The position numbers and the translations under genes are program-made. The notes under the pieces were generated by a model. That model was not told where the DNA came from. It did not search any database and was given only the letters and a program-made list of their open reading frames with translations. Positions 50,118 through 52,077 of a DNA stretch of 52,077 nucleotides are shown piece by piece (within the stretch, counting starts at the first letter, position 1; every line of letters begins with the position of its first letter). Source of the stretch: Paraphysomonas bandaiensis (taxonomy: Eukaryota > Protista > Chrysophyceae); contig CBFFRP010000257.1 in NCBI GenBank assembly GCA_965644295.1, positions 1-52,077 of the forward strand, read 5' to 3'.

Positions 50118-51384
50118 ATGCGGCTGCTGCTGCTATTGGCTTTACAGTCTGTTTGTGTCACATGTGAGCTGGCGCTCTCATTCAGCAGCAGTGGTGTGGT
50201 TACTCCCACTCAGGATTTCTTAATAAATATTCCGGACGACTATCGGTTCCCCTCTGAAGAAGCCGCTTACTTTAAAATCATTAATAGAGATAGCGTTATA
50301 TTGGAGTACCCTCTAGCGGACATAGAGGAGGGCGTGGAGGTAGACATCGATGGAGAGCATCTCAACTCCGGTGATAATGATTTGGATATTATTCTTTACT
50401 CTGATTCAGGTAAGTCGAGGAAGAAATTGTTATTTGAAAGTCTCATATATTAATACAGGAGATGTCATTCAAAGGAGCACTATTACTGTATTTGTACCTG
50501 GTGATTCTAAGCTGGATACTCCTTCCATATCACCTTCACCTCTAGCAGACCCTTCTCCACTTCAGTCGACCGCGTCGTTTGCTCTCTACGTTCGATTTCA
50601 TCAGGGTGCCAAAAGACTATCAAATGTCATAAGCAACCTCATCCACCCGCATATACTGGCCGCCACAGGAATGGCTGCTGGTGCAGGGGCTGTTTCTTTG
50701 TCCTACTCGCTTGGAAGCCGAATAGTTAGAACACAATCCATAGAAAGGCGTATGCCTTCACAGCTAGAACGTATACCGGAGAATATTCCTAGTTCTTTGC
50801 TGCCGGCTGATTCTGACAACAGAAAAATCACGTCGATCACGTCTGGCGAGAATAGTGTGAGCTTGACGTATCCCTCTCATGCCAATTCAAAACCACAACC
50901 AATAAATCGAGAACAAGCAAAGATTTCGGGACCGAAGCCTTTCTCACCGCTTATGCGACCCCAACCTCACCAATTCAATGTCCTATCTTCTGTAGATTTG
51001 GAGAGTATTCGTTTGCGTACATTGAGAACACTGTTCACCACTCGGAGTCAACTTCAACGCGCTCAAAGTAAGTTGCAATCAGCTGTCAATGATAGACTGG
51101 ATTCGCTTTCCCCAGATACTCGACAAGCGACACTCCTTGCTATACAGAGTAGCGCAATTGTTGTAGCAATGCAAGCAGCCAAGTCTTTCGCGACCTATGC
51201 GGTACGTTCGCTTCGTAAAAAGCGCCCGGAGAAAGCACCGACGATTGTGCAGCAAAGATCTTTCAAAGCTGAATTAAATTTGAAGGAGGAAATTATGCAG
51301 GAATGTGATAGACTGAAATTAAAATTGATAGAGAAAGTTAGAGGATTACGTGAGGTTGTGAAGAAATCATTATTTGACAAGTAG
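50118..51384 (+). CDS. Hypothetical protein with signal peptide and internal hydrophobic segments (2 exons)
   Basis: MRLLLLLALQSVCVTC signal peptide; a 49-nt GT-AG intron (50410-50458) joins the two ORFs in frame. Confidence 0.75.
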
Positions 51385-51464
51385 GTACGTATTGGATATG
51401 TTGTAATCAAATAAAATCGTATTGATTACCTTTATCACTTGGGTGCAAACTATTCGATATTTAT

Positions 51465-51570
51465 TAGTGTTAGTGTTAGGGTTAGTGTCATTCGATTGCT
51501 AACCCCAACCCTAATCCTAGCCCCAATCTAATCGAATTAGATTAGGGTTAGGGTTACGGTTAGGGTTAGG
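51465..51570. repeat. Degenerate subtelomeric telomere-like repeats in both orientations
   Basis: TTAGTG/TTAGGG units, then CCCTAA-like units, then TTAGGG units. Confidence 0.8.
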
Positions 51571-51907
51571 AAAGTATGCGAGAATGCGATAGACGGAATA
51601 TTAAAGTGATGGGCAAACTTCGAGTATAATGTGTGTTTGTCAGGATATGTTGTAATCAAATAGGGTTAGGGTCTTTTAAGGTAGATGCTAAGGTGCAGAG
51701 TGGATAATTCTCATTTCCGTGGAGAAGCCATCCTTGAACCTGGAGCGTTTTTTCGGCGCAAAGTGTGATGCGATGGAGCACAGCCAGGCAAGTGGCGGCT
51801 CGAGAGGCTTCAGACAACTGCATGTGAGGGGGGGGAATGGTGTCATAGTGTAACATTAAGTGCTGTTGGAATTCTGTCACAATGTCTAGTTCGCCTAAAC
51901 TATTCGA

Positions 51908-52055
51908 TTAGGGTTAGGGTTAGGGTTAGGGTTAGGGTTAGGGTTATGGTTAGGGTTAGGGTTAGGGTTAGGGTTAGGGTTAGGGTTAGGGTTAGGGTTA
52001 GGGTTAGGGTTAGGGTTAGGGTTAGGGTTAGGGTTAGGGTTAGGGTTAGGGTTAG
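51908..52055 (+). repeat. Telomere (TTAGGG)n, ~24 units
   Basis: G-rich strand points toward the sequence end; one TTATGG variant. Confidence 0.97.
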
Positions 52056-52077
52056 CGATACGTAACTGAACGAAGGC
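52054..52077 (+). other. Oxford Nanopore adapter remnant (technical sequence)
   Basis: AGCGATACGTAACTGAACGAAG closely matches AGCAATACGTAACTGAACGAAG, the reverse complement of the ONT ligation adapter. Confidence 0.9.

Overview
Eukaryotic (protist-like, probably stramenopile; taxon is inferred, not established) chromosome-end region. It runs from a 2.6-kb (ATAC)n array at the left to a (TTAGGG)n telomere plus an Oxford Nanopore adapter remnant at the right. It holds about 9 intact intron-containing genes: a Zn-finger/TrmN6-like methyltransferase, an MIO-less HAL/ergothionase-like lyase, an IQ/C2/SAM-like protein, a membrane-anchored protein with phage-like motifs, GRWD1/RRB1, an a-b-b' PDI, a coiled-coil protein and two unknown proteins. 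Also present are two identical intron-containing tRNA-Asp(GUC) genes with an atypical A73, a decayed Crinkler-type NTPase+REase pseudogene, about 11 copies of a highly structured ~530-nt SINE-like retroposon with long TSDs, and several MITEs. Most striking: two introns of one gene each carry a near-perfect tandem array (5 x 148 bp and 8 x 143 bp). The units look like box C/D snoRNAs with guides complementary to LSU rRNA, so these appear to be tandemly amplified intronic snoRNA arrays.
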